From assembly GCF_009914755.1 (NCBI RefSeq), contig NC_060936.1: DNA of 64,000 nucleotides, one strand, 5' to 3'. Position 1 is the stretch's first letter. Every line of letters starts with the position of its first letter. Below are positions 44,781-58,411 of this stretch, one piece after another. Both the position numbers and the translations under genes were made by a program. The stretch comes from the human T2T-CHM13v2.0 reference genome, Homo sapiens. The notes under the pieces were generated by a model. It worked only from the letters and a program-made list of their open reading frames with translations, had not been told where the DNA came from and ran no database searches.

Positions 44781-44819
44781 TGCGTGTGTGTGTGCGTGCG
44801 CGCATGTGTGTGTGTGTGT
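44745..44819. repeat. (TG)n/(CG) alternating purine-pyrimidine microsatellite
   Basis: Seen directly. Confidence 0.97.
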
Positions 44820-45116
44820 ACACACTTCTTTATGCCAGGCGTCTTGCTCAGTCCTTACCAGGCAGTAGCACTCCATCTAAATCTCAACAACCTTCTGCTA
44901 CTATTATGCCCATTTTACAGGCAGGTAAACTGAGAGGCTTAGCAAAACTTGCCCAACACCCTTCAGCTCCAGAGTGAGGAATCCAGCTGATAGCTCTGAT
45001 AGCTGTCAAGTGCAGAGCCCAAATATTTAACCACCAGTGTAGAACATTCTATCTGTACAGCATGGGCCACACTAAATCAGCATTGCTCCTACATTTTTCT
45101 ATTTTGACCATAAACT

Positions 45117-45348
45117 TTTTTTTAATTTATTGAGGTAAAATATACATATATAATTTACCATCTTTACCATTTCTATGTATATAGTTCAGCAGTAATAAAT
45201 ACATTTATATTCTTTATTTTCTTTTCATCCCCTCCCTCCCCTTCCCTTCCTGGTCTCTGGTAGCCACGAATCCACTCTCTGTCTTCATGAGATCCATGTT
45301 TTTAGCTCTTGCATATCAGTGAGAACTTGTGATATTTGTCCCTCTACA
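45117..45348 (-). mobile_element. Old L1 3' end fragment
   Basis: T-rich start, L1 3'UTR antisense text; 10-bp TSD accataaact at 45107-45116 and 45349-45358. Confidence 0.75.
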
Positions 45349-45824
45349 ACCATAAACTCTTGAAAGATGATCTTTGTCTTGTTTCCTACGTCAGTCCTAT
45401 TGCTTATAAATATTTGTCAAAATGAGAAAGTCAATTGACAAATTTCCTCATCACTTACTTTTTATTCAACTCCCTGCTGTTGAGTTCCTGCCCCTCCTCT
45501 CTGCTGAAATCACGAGCCTAACAATTCCCAGGACCCGCAGCCTGCACTAAGAGTCTCGCCCTAAGAACCTTGCCCTTGGGGGGCCCTTTCCACCCTTCCC
45601 CTCTCACTGTCAACTGTGCCTTCTACTCACCGAGTCAGGCCAAGGAGCTGTCTCCTGACATGCAGACCATGGCACATAAATCACAACATTTTCTCTGCAC
45701 TAGCTACAGACCCTGGTTTCCTAAAATTCTAAAATCCTGCTTTCACGACGTCCCTCTCCTCCCACGAAAAGCAAAATTAAGTCCTCAGCTTGGCTCTCCA
45801 GGTATCTCCACACAGACTTCACTC

Positions 45825-46113
45825 TTGTTTTTGGTCTTTTTCTTGAGACAAGATCTCACTCTGTTGCCCAGGCTGAGGTACAGTGGCATGATTATGGCTC
45901 ACTGCAGCCTTGACCTCCCCAGGTTCAGGTGATCCTCCTGTCTCAGCCTCCCAAGTAGCTGGGACTACAAGAATGTGTCACCACACTCAGCTAATTTTTG
46001 TATTTTTTATAGAGACAGGGTCTCGCCATGTGAGATACCTCAAACTCCAAGTGATGCACATACCTCGGCCTCTGAAAGTGCTGGGATGGCAGGCCTGAGC
46101 CACCATGCCCAGC
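45825..46113 (-). mobile_element. AluJ
   Basis: Diverged antisense Alu text. Confidence 0.88.
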
Positions 46114-47489
46114 CCACTTGTTTTTCTTCTAAACAGCTTTCAGCTGCAGTTTAGCCGCCACCTCCCCAGCTCCAGGTCTGCCATGTTCCTCTCTCTCCTC
46201 CCCAACTCTGGCCTTCCCACCAGCAGATCAGGTGCACCTCAGCCCTCCTCTCCCTTAAAATGTCCCCTCTAAGGGATTACTCAGGCATCTCTGCTCTTGT
46301 GTTTATTCACTTTCTTGCTAACTTACTTTTTTAACATGTGCTTATTGACTTGCTTAATAACCTCAACTACTAGATGGAATTGAGTCAGCACTGAGACTTA
46401 TTGTATTCATGTAAATTTGCATAGGATCATGATATTGCCATTTTTCTGGTATTCAGTAGTTTAAAAAATATTTTCACATATATTAATGCACTTAATTTTC
46501 ATAATCCCTGGAGCAAGGCTTCACCATATTCATTTTCAGATAAAGCACTTGAGTTCTCAGAGGTTAAGTGACTTGCCCAAGATCACACAGCTGGTAAATG
46601 GCAGATCCAAGAAGTGAACCCAGTCTTTTTTAATAACTCTGTGTTTAGAGACATTAAAAAAAAAAAACTATAACGCCTTCAAATGTCACTGCTCTGCCAG
46701 CAATGTTGGTTATCTTTTCAAGGCCAAACTTCCCCTAAACAACTGTAAGTCATAGAGGAGCCAGGGCCATCTTTTCCCTTCAATATCTTACATCCTCTTT
46801 CATATCTTATAGCTTCCCTTCACCCCACCCCAGTACCAATTGGGGTGGCTCTATATATAGAGAGAGCCATATGGGTAAATTAAAGATAATAGGGGCTAAA
46901 ACTTACTGAAATTACTGCATGCCAGCCTCTAATCACTTTAAAAACAACTCCTATTTCTCTTATCAAACTGTGAGTTGGAGCTTTTATTATGCCCATTTTA
47001 CAGATAAGAAAATTGAGGTCCTTTAGGTAACTGGCCTAGGGAACTAGGAAATGGCAGAACCAACATGAAAACCCATGTGGTTTGCTTCCATTGTTCTGAG
47101 CCACTACTCACCAACGGCTCTGAAAGGGGGCTATTTGCTGAGCTCTGTGACCCCCACTTAGCGTCTAGGTAGCCGCGTTCTTACAGCCTAAATTCTGATT
47201 TGGAAGAACCTTGAGTTGTTGCTTCATTCGAAGTTCCTGGAATTACTTCCATAGAGAATAACCAAGCCACCTTAGTGTGAAAGAAATGTGCGGTTCTGTC
47301 AGCATGGAAATGCAGCTAGCTGGAGCACGCATTCACGTCAGCATCAGGGAGGCAGGCCAGGACAACGAGCCTAGCCCCAGGAAGGCTGAGTGCAGGTGAC
47401 CCAGAGATGCACTGTGATTGCACTTCTCATTGTTCTTTCTCTGTGTTCTCTCCCATCTCTTCTTCCCTCCCTTGCATGATATGAATAAG

Positions 47490-47537
47490 GAATTGTCATT
47501 TCTCTCCGAAGCAGCTATATTTAACCGATGGATAAAT
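47490..47537 (+). CDS. STAB2: STAB2 exon S (48 nt): ELSFLSEAAIFNRWIN
   Basis: atypical aataag| acceptor, AAT|gtgagt donor; phase 0-0; peptide bridges exons R and T. Confidence 0.88.
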
Positions 47538-48520
47538 GTGAGTACCTTTATTGGGACTTAGGATTGGGAATGTATATATTTTAGAAACTTGGAATGCATA
47601 CAATAGAAAACCGAAAATGCAGCTGGTAAGGAGTGTAGGCAATTGTGCTGAGCAGTGTTTCTCAACGCTGGCTGCACTGTGGAACCACATGGAACACATT
47701 TTTAAAAAATATTCCTGCATAGGTCCCACCCCTGAAGACTCTGATGTGATTGATCAGAGGTTTGCTCTGAGCATCAGTGTGTCGGGGCCAGAAAGGGGGC
47801 TTCATTCATCACAGGATTCTTTTTTGTAAGTTAACATGACTCATCATTGTAATTCACCAAGTTCGATTTGGGATTTATAGCTGCAATCTGACATACTTCA
47901 TATGTGCTTAACTCTCAGCTCAACAAGAGCTGCCAAGCCCAGCCAGCCATTGCAACAAATGGTTTATCCCCTTAAAATAGACACATGCCAAATAGTCCAT
48001 GCCTGGTCAGCACCCACCCCAGGACAGCTTCCTGTTGCTTCTGTATGGGGCCTCTCTGAACCCCCCATCCCAGCATAGGTGAAAGAAGAGACTGAGCGTG
48101 CTCTCTTGAGCATGCTGACTTTCATCTAGACTCTTCATTCTTGGTCTCACCCCACAGGCATGAGCTGGCCCAGTGGTGTGCTGAACCCTGTTCACACTCA
48201 CTCACGAAAGCTGATTGTGCACATTTTTCCTAACTCCACTTTCGGTACAGTCATTTTGGTATCTTGAAATCAGCCCTGGTGGGAGTATTTACGCCATAGA
48301 AATCAGTAAATACTGCAAACCAAGTCTTTTGGTTTTTTTTTTCTTTTTCCTGGAGATCCAGTTGTTAAACATGCCACTGCTTCTACCAAAAACTGGCTCT
48401 CTAGGCAAGAATGAAATTTATGTAAGGTTTTATTTCAGCCCTCTACTTTCTCCCATGCTGAAACTGTTCCTGCAGTCTCCCCACCATCCTTACTTCAAAG
48501 ACGTCCAAGAATACTCAAGG

Positions 48521-48896
<376 letters not shown>

Positions 48897-49165
48897 TTAG
48901 ACTAAAGTGTAAAGGACTTATAATGACTGAAAGTGTGATCTCATTATCAAAGGCAGATTTGCTTTGATAAGACTCATACATTGAATTAAGTGAGTCTCAC
49001 AAGGGAAAATGAGGCAACAGCCAGTGGGTGGGGTGGATTTGGGAAAGGAGACCCTAGGACCCTTCCAGTATCTTATGGGAAATTGTCATCTCTTCCAAGC
49101 ATTTAAGGCAGCTCTGTTTGTCCCCTAACATAAGCAGGTCACTTTATTTTCCTTCTGTGGTTCAG

Positions 49166-49302
49166 AATGCTTCTCTACAACCCACACTGTCAGCCACCTC
49201 AAACCTCACTGTCCTCGTGCCTTCCCAACAAGCTACTGAGGACATGGACCAGGATGAGAAAAGCTTCTGGTTGTCACAGAGCAATATTCCAGCCCTAATA
49301 AA
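49166..49302 (+). CDS. STAB2: STAB2 exon T (137 nt): [45 protein letters not shown](K); FAS1-3
   Basis: gttcag| acceptor, AAA|gtaggt donor; phase 0-2. Confidence 0.94.
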
Positions 49303-49743
49303 GTAGGTGTTACTTATTTTATTTTACATCGTATCTGAATGGCATCTGTGTAAACATGTCTTTGAAGTTCAATGTAGGAAAACCACATGGTCCTTCAAAT
49401 TCGTGGAGCTGAACATGTTCTAGGATTCTCCTTTCCTCCCACCCCAGGATAGTAATAGTCAACAATTGCTGACAGCCAACTCTGCCAAGCACTCTTTTAC
49501 ATATAACCCAGTTAATTCTCTCAACAACCCTATGATAGATATTGTAATGATTCCCATTTTACAGATATGGAAACCAAAGCACAGCGTGGTTGAGTAACTA
49601 ACTCTAGCCAAGGCTGGTAACTGCAGGGGGAACTTGAATTTTGACTATGGCAATCTGGCTCCAGAGCCTATTCTCTTAACTATTCAATGATACAGCCCCA
49701 TACATTTATATTGAATTATAGCCTTTGTGGACTATTGTTTCAG

Positions 49744-49858
49744 GTACCATATGCTACTAGGCACATACAGAGTGGCAGATCTGCAGACCCTGTCTTCTTC
49801 TGACATGTTGGCAACATCTTTGCAGGGCAACTTCCTTCACTTGGCAAAGGTGGATGGG
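49744..49858 (+). CDS. STAB2: STAB2 exon U (115 nt): [38 protein letters not shown]
   Basis: tttcag| acceptor, GGG|gtaaga donor; phase 2-0. Confidence 0.94.
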
Positions 49859-51330
49859 GTAAGAGCTCTGGAATTTGTCTGTTTACTTGAAACATAACAG
49901 CTTTGTTTATATTGTACTTTTTAAATTTTCATGTTATGGGAACTTCCAAACATGCGCAAAACTACAGAGAACAGAATCCCTCATGTGGGCATCACCCAGC
50001 TGCAATAATTATCATCATATATCAATACATACACATATACACGTTACCCTATAGCAGTGATCCTCTAAAATGTGGCCTTCTGCCCACTGATTGGCCACAA
50101 GTCTTGCAACAGACCACAGACTGACCCAGAAAGGGTAAAGGATGTGCAATTCCACAACTTTTCTTTTGACGTATAGTTGATTAAGACCTGGTTATTAGTA
50201 ATTGAATCTGTATAGAGAAATGAAATTGAATCTTTATAGAGTTGAGTCTATATATACTCAATCTTTATAGAATTAAATCTTTATTAGAGAAATGAAATTT
50301 TATATTAAGGTAGAGTTAATCAACCAACAACTATTGAGCACCTACTACTATGTACCAGGCACAGATCTAGGTGCTGGAGATAGGGCAATGCCCAAGGAAG
50401 AACCCAGCCCTAGAGAAGCTTATCATCTGGCACTTTCTACAGTGTGTCAAAGACTCAGATTCAGAATTCTGTGAGGGAGTCTGGCCGCCCTGCTGCACGG
50501 GCAGTGTTTCAGAGCTCTTCCTGTGAATTGCACAAGATGAGAATGAAGATTCCACTGCAAAATGAGAACTGCTACATCCATGAACCATGGGCTACAGTCA
50601 AAAATGTTTGAGAATTACTGCCCTAAAACATTTCTACCCTCCCACTCATCAGTGTGAGCACTATGAAAAAGATCTATGCGTAGTAATACCTACATATATG
50701 TGACTCATCAGATATTTTCTTTTAGAAAGCAGAAAACAGTGGTCCTATGGCTTTTTAATATCTTATGATAATTCTGGTGACATTGAAGTTATTTTCCATC
50801 AGGTTTTAAATTAAAATTGTATGTATTTAAAGTGTACAATATGATGTTTTGATATACAAATACATTGTAAGGTGATTCCTACAGTCATGCTAATTTATTG
50901 GTGTTTTAAATCATTGATTATCTTAGCAAGCATTAACTAAACACCCATCTGGGCAGGCATATCCCAGGCCCTACAGATTCAGAGGTAAATCAATCAAGGC
51001 CCTTGACCTAGAGGAGCTAACCATTAAAGACACATTTGTAATGAGTTCATTCCTATGTCCTATATAAATATCTCCTGCCAGGAGGGTTTTCTTCAGGTCC
51101 TCTGCAGATGTGACTTGGGAGTTGCTCAGAGTGAGACAAGACCAGGGTTTCCAGAAGGGATTTCAACTGGGGAGAAGAGGAGAGGAAACCAGAAAGAGTA
51201 GAGTCCAGTTGGTGTTGATTGGTGGCTGAGTGGGTGGGTGGGTGGGTTGGATTTTACTTAGCCCCATTTCTTATGCAATTCATAGCCTCAAAAAGTAGTT
51301 GGATTCTGATCAGGAAAGTCAATTACCATC

Positions 51331-51742
51331 TGTATTAGTTTGCCAACACTACCATAACAATGTACCACAGACTGGGAGGCTTAAACAACAGGCATTTATT
51401 TTCTCACAGTTCTGAAGGCCAGAAGTCCAAGATCAAGATGTGGGCAGGATTGGTTCCTTCTAAGGCTTTGAGGGAAGGGCCTGTCTTTGGCCTCTCTCCT
51501 TGGGTTGTAGATGGCATCTTCATGTTCACATGGCAGTCTCTGAGTGTAGCTGTCTCTGTACAAATTCCTGCTTCTTGTGAGGACACCAGTCAAATTGGAT
51601 TAGGGTCCACCCTAAGGACCTCACTTTAACTTGATCATCTCTGTGAAGACCCTGTCTGTAAAGTCATCATCTGAGGTACTAGGGGTTAGGATTTCAGTAT
51701 ACAAATTGTGGGGGCAGGGGGGGGACACAGCTCAACCCACAG
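51331..51742 (-). mobile_element. MaLR LTR (MLT1B/C-like)
   Basis: tgtattagttt...taccacagactgggaggcttaaacaacagg...ctgaggtactaggggttaggattt...gggacacagctcaaccc. Confidence 0.82.
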
Positions 51743-51868
51743 TTCTGTCTCCAGGGTCAAACCACAGGGTCACTTTAATGAGCCTCGAACAGCACTTTTG
51801 TCAATGAAATAGCATGGAATAGAATAGACTTGATGATCACAGTACCTCCCACATAGGGGAAAGTATTA

Positions 51869-51968
51869 TTTCTTTCTTTCTCTTTCTCTTTTTCTTTCTC
51901 TCTCTCTCTCTCTGTCTCTGTGTGTGTGTGTGTGCGTGTGCACGCGCACGTGTGTGAGAGAGAGAGAG
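51869..51968. repeat. Compound (TC)n-(TG)n-(GA)n microsatellite
   Basis: Seen directly. Confidence 0.95.
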
Positions 51969-52128
51969 GGGTCTATGGGACAACAAGTTAAAGGTATTTC
52001 TTACTGTGGGTCTTGGCCCAAAAGTATGAAGGTCACTGCTGCTCAAAAAGCAGAAACCCCAGAGATCATCTCAATCCCAAGGTGCGCTCTATAAAGACTC
52101 ATCTTCCCACTGTGGTTTGCATTTACAG

Positions 52129-52206
52129 AATATCACAATTGAAGGGGCCTCCATTGTCGATGGGGACAATGCAGCCACAAATGGAGTGATACACATCATC
52201 AACAAG
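52129..52206 (+). CDS. STAB2: STAB2 exon V (78 nt): [26 protein letters not shown]; FAS1-3 H2 motif
   Basis: ttacag| acceptor, AAG|gtacaa donor; phase 0-0. Confidence 0.95.
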
Positions 52207-52488
52207 GTACAAGATTCCATTCTCCTGTGCGTGCAGCATCTCTTTTCCCTTTGTTGTTTATCGTCCTATACAGCATTTTTTTTTTTAAATAGAAAAATAC
52301 TTAGCCTTATATGGAAGTAACCGGTACTGTGCCTCATGACTTTTATTTTAAAACCATCAAGAGAGTCTATTGATTCAATGAGACTCAGTTTCCATTTATC
52401 CAGCCTGTATTCTGCAATGGGCCCTTTATCAAGTGTGGTCACATATATTATCTTTCTTGTTTATGGAAACATCTCAAAAGACACTTGA

Positions 52489-52769
<281 letters not shown>

Positions 52770-53187
52770 CACACTTGAGCTTAAGCACCCTGGCACTGTG
52801 AAGTCTGTACAACCAGATGGGATATAATCAAGAACTGGAGGAGAGGCATGTGATTACGTATCATTTTTCCACTCTCCTATCTGCATTAATGCATCCTAAA
52901 AAGATGAGGTAGGGAAGGCCCTAAGGAAAAAAGTGGAAAAGAATATAAAAAGCATGGTGACATTTTTATTTTCTTCTAATACCCAGTATAACAAAGGTAT
53001 GACATAGGAAAAAAAGAATAATGAGAAATGGGATTGTAAGCTACCCTGCAATTTTCAGTTACCATATTAGGATCTTCATTTAAAATGAAAGTTGCAAGTT
53101 GGAATTTAGGGTACATTGGGAACTTTTGTAAGATGGAAGATCAGAAAAAAATAACAATTAATTGTGTTTTAATTAAAATTGTTCTCA

Positions 53188-53319
53188 GTTGGGCACGGTG
53201 GCTCACTCTTGTAATTCCAGCACTTTGGGAGGCCGAGGCGGGCGGATCACAAGGTCAAGAGATCGAAACCATCCTGGCCAACATGGTGAAGCCCCCTCTC
53301 TACTAAAAAAAAAAAAAAA
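53188..53319 (+). mobile_element. Alu left monomer only (AluSc-like) ending in an expanded A tract
   Basis: atcacaaggtcaagagatcgaaaccatcctggccaacatgg followed by an A run; no right arm. Confidence 0.88.
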
Positions 53320-53741
53320 GTACAAGATGGCTGTTAATTGATTCAGTTATCTGTGTAGCCTCTGGGCTGCAGGCGCTCCCTAAGGAGCTCCTTCTCTATC
53401 TGTCAATTGGCATCAAGGGCATCTTTGTCAGGGCCACCATTGTGCCCTGCATAAAGGTGCCTGGCCAGAGTGGAGGCTAGCTAAATCCCAGCCCACTTCA
53501 CTCCCCATGCTGTGCACCCCTGTTTGGGGTTGCAAACTCCTAGAGAAAGGAGTGTCTTTTTCTTGATTTTCAGTGGCCCTCATCACTGCCTATTGTTATG
53601 TGACATAGACATAGAACCATCAAGTTCTATCAGGCCTTCTCCTCATAGCTCTTGAATCTGCCAAATCCCGTCTAATCACCTTAAGCCCCTCCTCCCCCTT
53701 CAGCTCCAACAACTCAGAAATGTGTCTGTCTTCCTCCAACA

Positions 53742-53960
53742 CAGGGGTTGGTACAACGTTTCTGGAAAAAGCCAGATACAATTATTAGACTTTGCAGGTC
53801 ACATGGTCTCCATCATAGCTGTTCAACTCTGCCACCGTAGTGCAAAAACAGACTTAGACAATATGTAAACAAATTTGCATGGCTGTATTCCAACAAAATT
53901 TTATTTTTAAGTACAAGCAGCAGACTGGATTGGGCTTTCTACTGTAGTATGCTGTGAGCT
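53742..53960. mobile_element. MER58A-like DNA transposon
   Basis: caggggttgg...gccagata...ttcaactctgccaccgtagtgcaaaa...ggctgtattccaacaaaattttattt. Confidence 0.75.
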
Positions 53961-54865
53961 CATTTAGGGCAGAACCCAGACCTCAGTCACACTTGTATAC
54001 CCACTGCCTGGCCTGTAGTAGGCAAGCAATAAATGTTGGAAAAATACTGATTAGATTAGAAAAACATTCCAGTGTTGAATTCTTCAATCTGACAAAGTTC
54101 TAGGTAGAATGCAAAGGTGAAAATAGTGATCTTGGCCAGAAGGTTAATTATGCAGAGCTTGCAAACTCAAATGCCCAGATAGATCAGATGGATAACAAAA
54201 TGAGTAAGGAGTATGTCCCAAGTAGAAGACATTAGGGAGTGGTGGAGCCTATAATGAAAGTGGCTGCTGCTACTCTCTGCAGCTGTGTGTCTGCAGAAAT
54301 TCAGACTGATTTTTTTTAAAGGCAATCTAAATTTATATGTAAAAATGTCCTATTATTACATAGCACAAGCCAAACAAAACATTTTTACAAGCCAGATTCA
54401 GGCCACTGGGTTGCAGTAGATTTGAGACTTCAGAGAAAATAAATGGAGAACCTAAAGAATAAACACACGAATAACAACCAAGAAGAAAGGATTAGATATT
54501 AGCTGCAACCTGCTGTGTTTCACCTCGATTTGGTCTAAGGTCTTCTCTGACAAGGTAGATTAATGCGAGCTGGAATTAATTACTTAGGAGAAGCTGAAAG
54601 TCTTTCGTGCAAGAAGAACTTTTCTCTAATCAAGGAGGTTTAACGGTAAGGCATAAAATTGAATGACTAACATCTCCAACTCTGCTCCAGCCTTGTCATG
54701 CTGTATCCTGGAATATTTTTATACTGTGAGTAATCTTCAAAAGGTTGTCAATGTCAATCCATTGAACTGTCTAAAGAGGTTAATGGCATTAGACTCTCCT
54801 ATGTATCGAAAAGCAGTAGGTCCTACCAAAACATGCTAACAGGATTCTGGGGTTTCTTTTTTCAG

Positions 54866-54964
54866 GTGCTGGTCCCACAAAGACGTCTAACTGGCTCCTT
54901 ACCAAACCTGCTCATGCGGCTGGAACAGATGCCTGACTATTCCATCTTCCGGGGCTACATCATT
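54866..54964 (+). CDS. STAB2: STAB2 exon W (99 nt): [33 protein letters not shown]
   Basis: tttcag| acceptor; frame continuity into exon X requires the non-canonical ATT|gcaagt (GC) donor. Confidence 0.9.
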
Positions 54965-55052
54965 GCAAGTACCACATTCTCTGCCTGACCACCATGCTCA
55001 GGTTACCCAGGAACAGGAATCCCTCATGCACTCTTGTCTCTTTCCATCGCAG

Positions 55053-55160
55053 CAATATAATCTGGCGAATGCAATTGAGGCTGCCGATGCCTACACAGTG
55101 TTTGCTCCAAACAACAATGCCATCGAGAATTACATCAGGGAGAAGAAAGTCTTGTCTCTA
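55053..55160 (+). CDS. STAB2: STAB2 exon X (108 nt): [36 protein letters not shown]; FAS1-4 H1 motif
   Basis: tcgcag| acceptor, CTA|gtaagt donor; phase 0-0. Confidence 0.95.
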
Positions 55161-58100
55161 GTAAGTGTCAAGAACTATAACTAGGGAAGTTATTTTGTGA
55201 AAATTCAAACACTCAGTGTTTGTAATCCATTAGTTGTGTGCCATTTCACTCCTTCATCCTTGTCCATAGCCACATACTTGACGTAGACTGGTGCAGAGAC
55301 TCTCTCATACACAAACATCCCCTCGGTCAGAGCTGCTGGATGCTACTCACATGCCCCTGGAATTGCACACTTGAGCCTGTATACACAAGGATGCAGGTGT
55401 GGTGCATTAAGGGTGTGGTGTTGGTGTGTATATGTAAATATGAACAAAGGAAGCCCAAACCCACAGGTGCTTGGCCTGTTTAGGATCTATCTATAGAACC
55501 ATCACTCTGGTTCTAGCCCGAGTGATGAAACCACATGGAGAAACCACATGGTTTCTCCAGAGCAGTGGTGGGAGAAAAGAGTGGGCTCAGGGGTGGCTTC
55601 TCGGGGCTTTCAGTGCCACCCCCATCTTATTAACATCCTCATCTCAGCCACCCAATATAAACATGGAAGTGAAAACAGTGTGCTTGCCGTGCAAATCCAG
55701 CTTCAAATGTGTCTTCTCATGTGGGGTTGGGGTGGGGTGGCCCTGGGCCCTTCCCGTATAAAAATTCTGGAGCCACTACTGAATATCGGATAAATTATGA
55801 TCAGCTTATGGTAGTCTTAAATACCTGGAGAGGTCATTTGGACTTAGTCCTGTAAGAAACAGGATCCACAAAAGAGTTTTAAGTCAGATCGTGGCATGAT
55901 TGAAGCTTTTGAATTAATTCACAAAATCCTTTGACAAACTTTGACTATTTACCCCTAGATGTTAGGAATCAGGGAAAATAGAGAAGGGGAGAAGAGGAGG
56001 AAGAAAGAGATAATCCACCCCTCTAGGTCCCTGCTGCTGACATCTTAGCTACTGGAACCAAGGAAAGGCCAGGGACGGGGGGAGGAGAGGAGGGGTGATC
56101 ATGAGGATTCTTCCAGCTTCCTGGGACACCTGCATGCTTGTTCCTATGAGCTCAAGTGTGTAATTCCAGGGGTATGCATAAAACACACAGCAGCTCTGCT
56201 ATGGGGGAGGATTGTATATGGGAGAGTCTCTGTGTGAGGCTGTATTAAGTATGTGGCTATGGACGAGAAGGTTTTGATGGAAAAGTGAAATGACACGATT
56301 GAACTGAAAACGGTGTTTGAATTTTCAGCAAATAGGGATTTTTCTTATTTAATAAGGAAATAAGGAAGGCTGCTCTTCTTCCTCACCACCTCCTAAATTA
56401 TCCCTGTCCACTCATCATGTCCAGTCCCACCTCCTCAGGGAAGCTGGCCCTGGCCACCTGAGGTGAGCTGCTCTCTCCCGCCTCTGAATTCACACCATGT
56501 GTACCCCCTTTCAGCATTTATTATGTATCCCCAATAGGATGAACTGTCTTCTCAAAGAAGCAAGTCTTAGCTCTCCAACTAGATTATAAGCTCTGAAGGC
56601 AGGGAGAGTGTCCTAAACTCCTGTAACAGGCATGTTGCACTCCTGGGATGGAACTGGAAATCTTCTACCTTGTCTTTTCCCTGCCCTCTAACCCAACCCA
56701 TTTCTTTAACCTCTTCAGTGAGAAATGTTATTTTTCTGCCACAGAATGAAACTTCAGACAGTCCCATAGCCTCTCTGCCTTCCCAAAAAGTCCTATAATC
56801 ACCTTGGAGACAAATGTACTTTAAGTCACAAACTCAGTCTCAGCTAAGTAAAAATAAAGAATCCAATTCCTTACAATAATTAACACTTTGAATTGGATTT
56901 AAAACTAGTTCTTCCTCCCTCCCTGCTCCACAGCAGAGCTTGGTGCAGAAAACATCTCGGTCCTTGAATCAAGGTCCACAGGAGATGGAAAACATACCAA
57001 TTACATAAACTGAGAATTTGATAGAATGAATTGTTTATTGGATATAAAGCTGTATAAATGAAAGGTTAAAGTGAGAAAGAAATATCACAATGGTAGCAAT
57101 CACAGGATTCACTTATGACCCCTAAAGCTAGGAGAACAATGGGAGGAGGTTGGAATTTCTAAAATGTATAAACCTAGAGCCTCTGAGAAGGGGTCACTAT
57201 TCAGCTGGTGCTGGTGTCTTTGAGCTTGGATGAGTGGCGAGGGTCTCTGTGGGTCTGAGACCCAGACCTCCAGGAGCAGGCATTGCCTGGCTGGTGTCTT
57301 ATGAGCGGAGAGGGCAGGATTAAGCTGGCTCTGCGAGTGACGGGAAACTGCCAACCAGATTCAGGTGCCACTGCAGGGAAGAGAAGTGAGGCTGGGTGAT
57401 GCCAATAGGAACAGGGAGAGAACAGGAAGGACTGAGTTCCTCTTTCCCCTCCAGCCCTCTGACTGTCTAGAGCTTCTCATTGGCAGACCCTAATAGGGAG
57501 CCCCTTGCAAAGGAGAAATGTGGGAAACAGCCTCAGCCCCAGCATCATCAAGCAGAGTGTAGGAGGTGGATTTGGAGCTGACAGGCAATCACTTAGGAAC
57601 CTTCTCCTCTCCTTCCCCACAGAATGTTTCTCTTCCCTTTCTGATCTCACTAAATTCCATTTTGGTTTCACTAGGTTTGAAGTAGCGGGGTAAGAAGGGT
57701 TAGTGGTTGGGAAGAGACATCAAGAGGGTAAGAAGGTTAAGAGGGGTGGAAGAGGGCAGGAAGGACCCTAAAACCACAGAGCCCACCCCTAGCTCTGCCC
57801 CGGGGAGCCTGCCCATCCAGGCTGACATAGGCTCTCTCAGACACTCCCCATGTCTGAGCCACAGCAAACACCCACATTCTTGTCCCAAGCCAACTATGCA
57901 AGTGCAAATCGGTCCCACGCAGCAACAACCCTCCTCACTTCACCAAGAGGCAGCTCACCAGCAGTCCCTGCCTTGGTCAGACCCCATCCAACATGCCACC
58001 CTATCTCCACGAGACACAGATCAAGGTCCTTGGAGCATCCTAGTGAAGCTCCTCTCGTGCCCCAGAGGTGAAAGGCAGGCTGGGGTGTGGGGACTCTAAC

Positions 58101-58411
58101 TTCTCAGTAGTTCTGCCCAAAGAATTATCACCTTTAAAATCTACCCCCAGCTCTCATATCTTCAGTCTGGGTTTTAGAATCCTCTAATGAGTTCTTGACT
58201 GTGCTATCTGGAAAATTTGTAAGTTCTCTGAAGCCATCTGTTTCACAACTCACTTTCATATTGAATATTGTGTCTTAATACCTCTGTCAAAACTTCCACT
58301 TGGACAAGCTGTTGTTCCTCTTTGTAATCTCCACAGTGACAGCACATGGGAGAAGCTGGGTAACTGTCAGGCTGATCTCTTGACTGACTTCCAATTCTGT
58401 GTGTGATCCAG

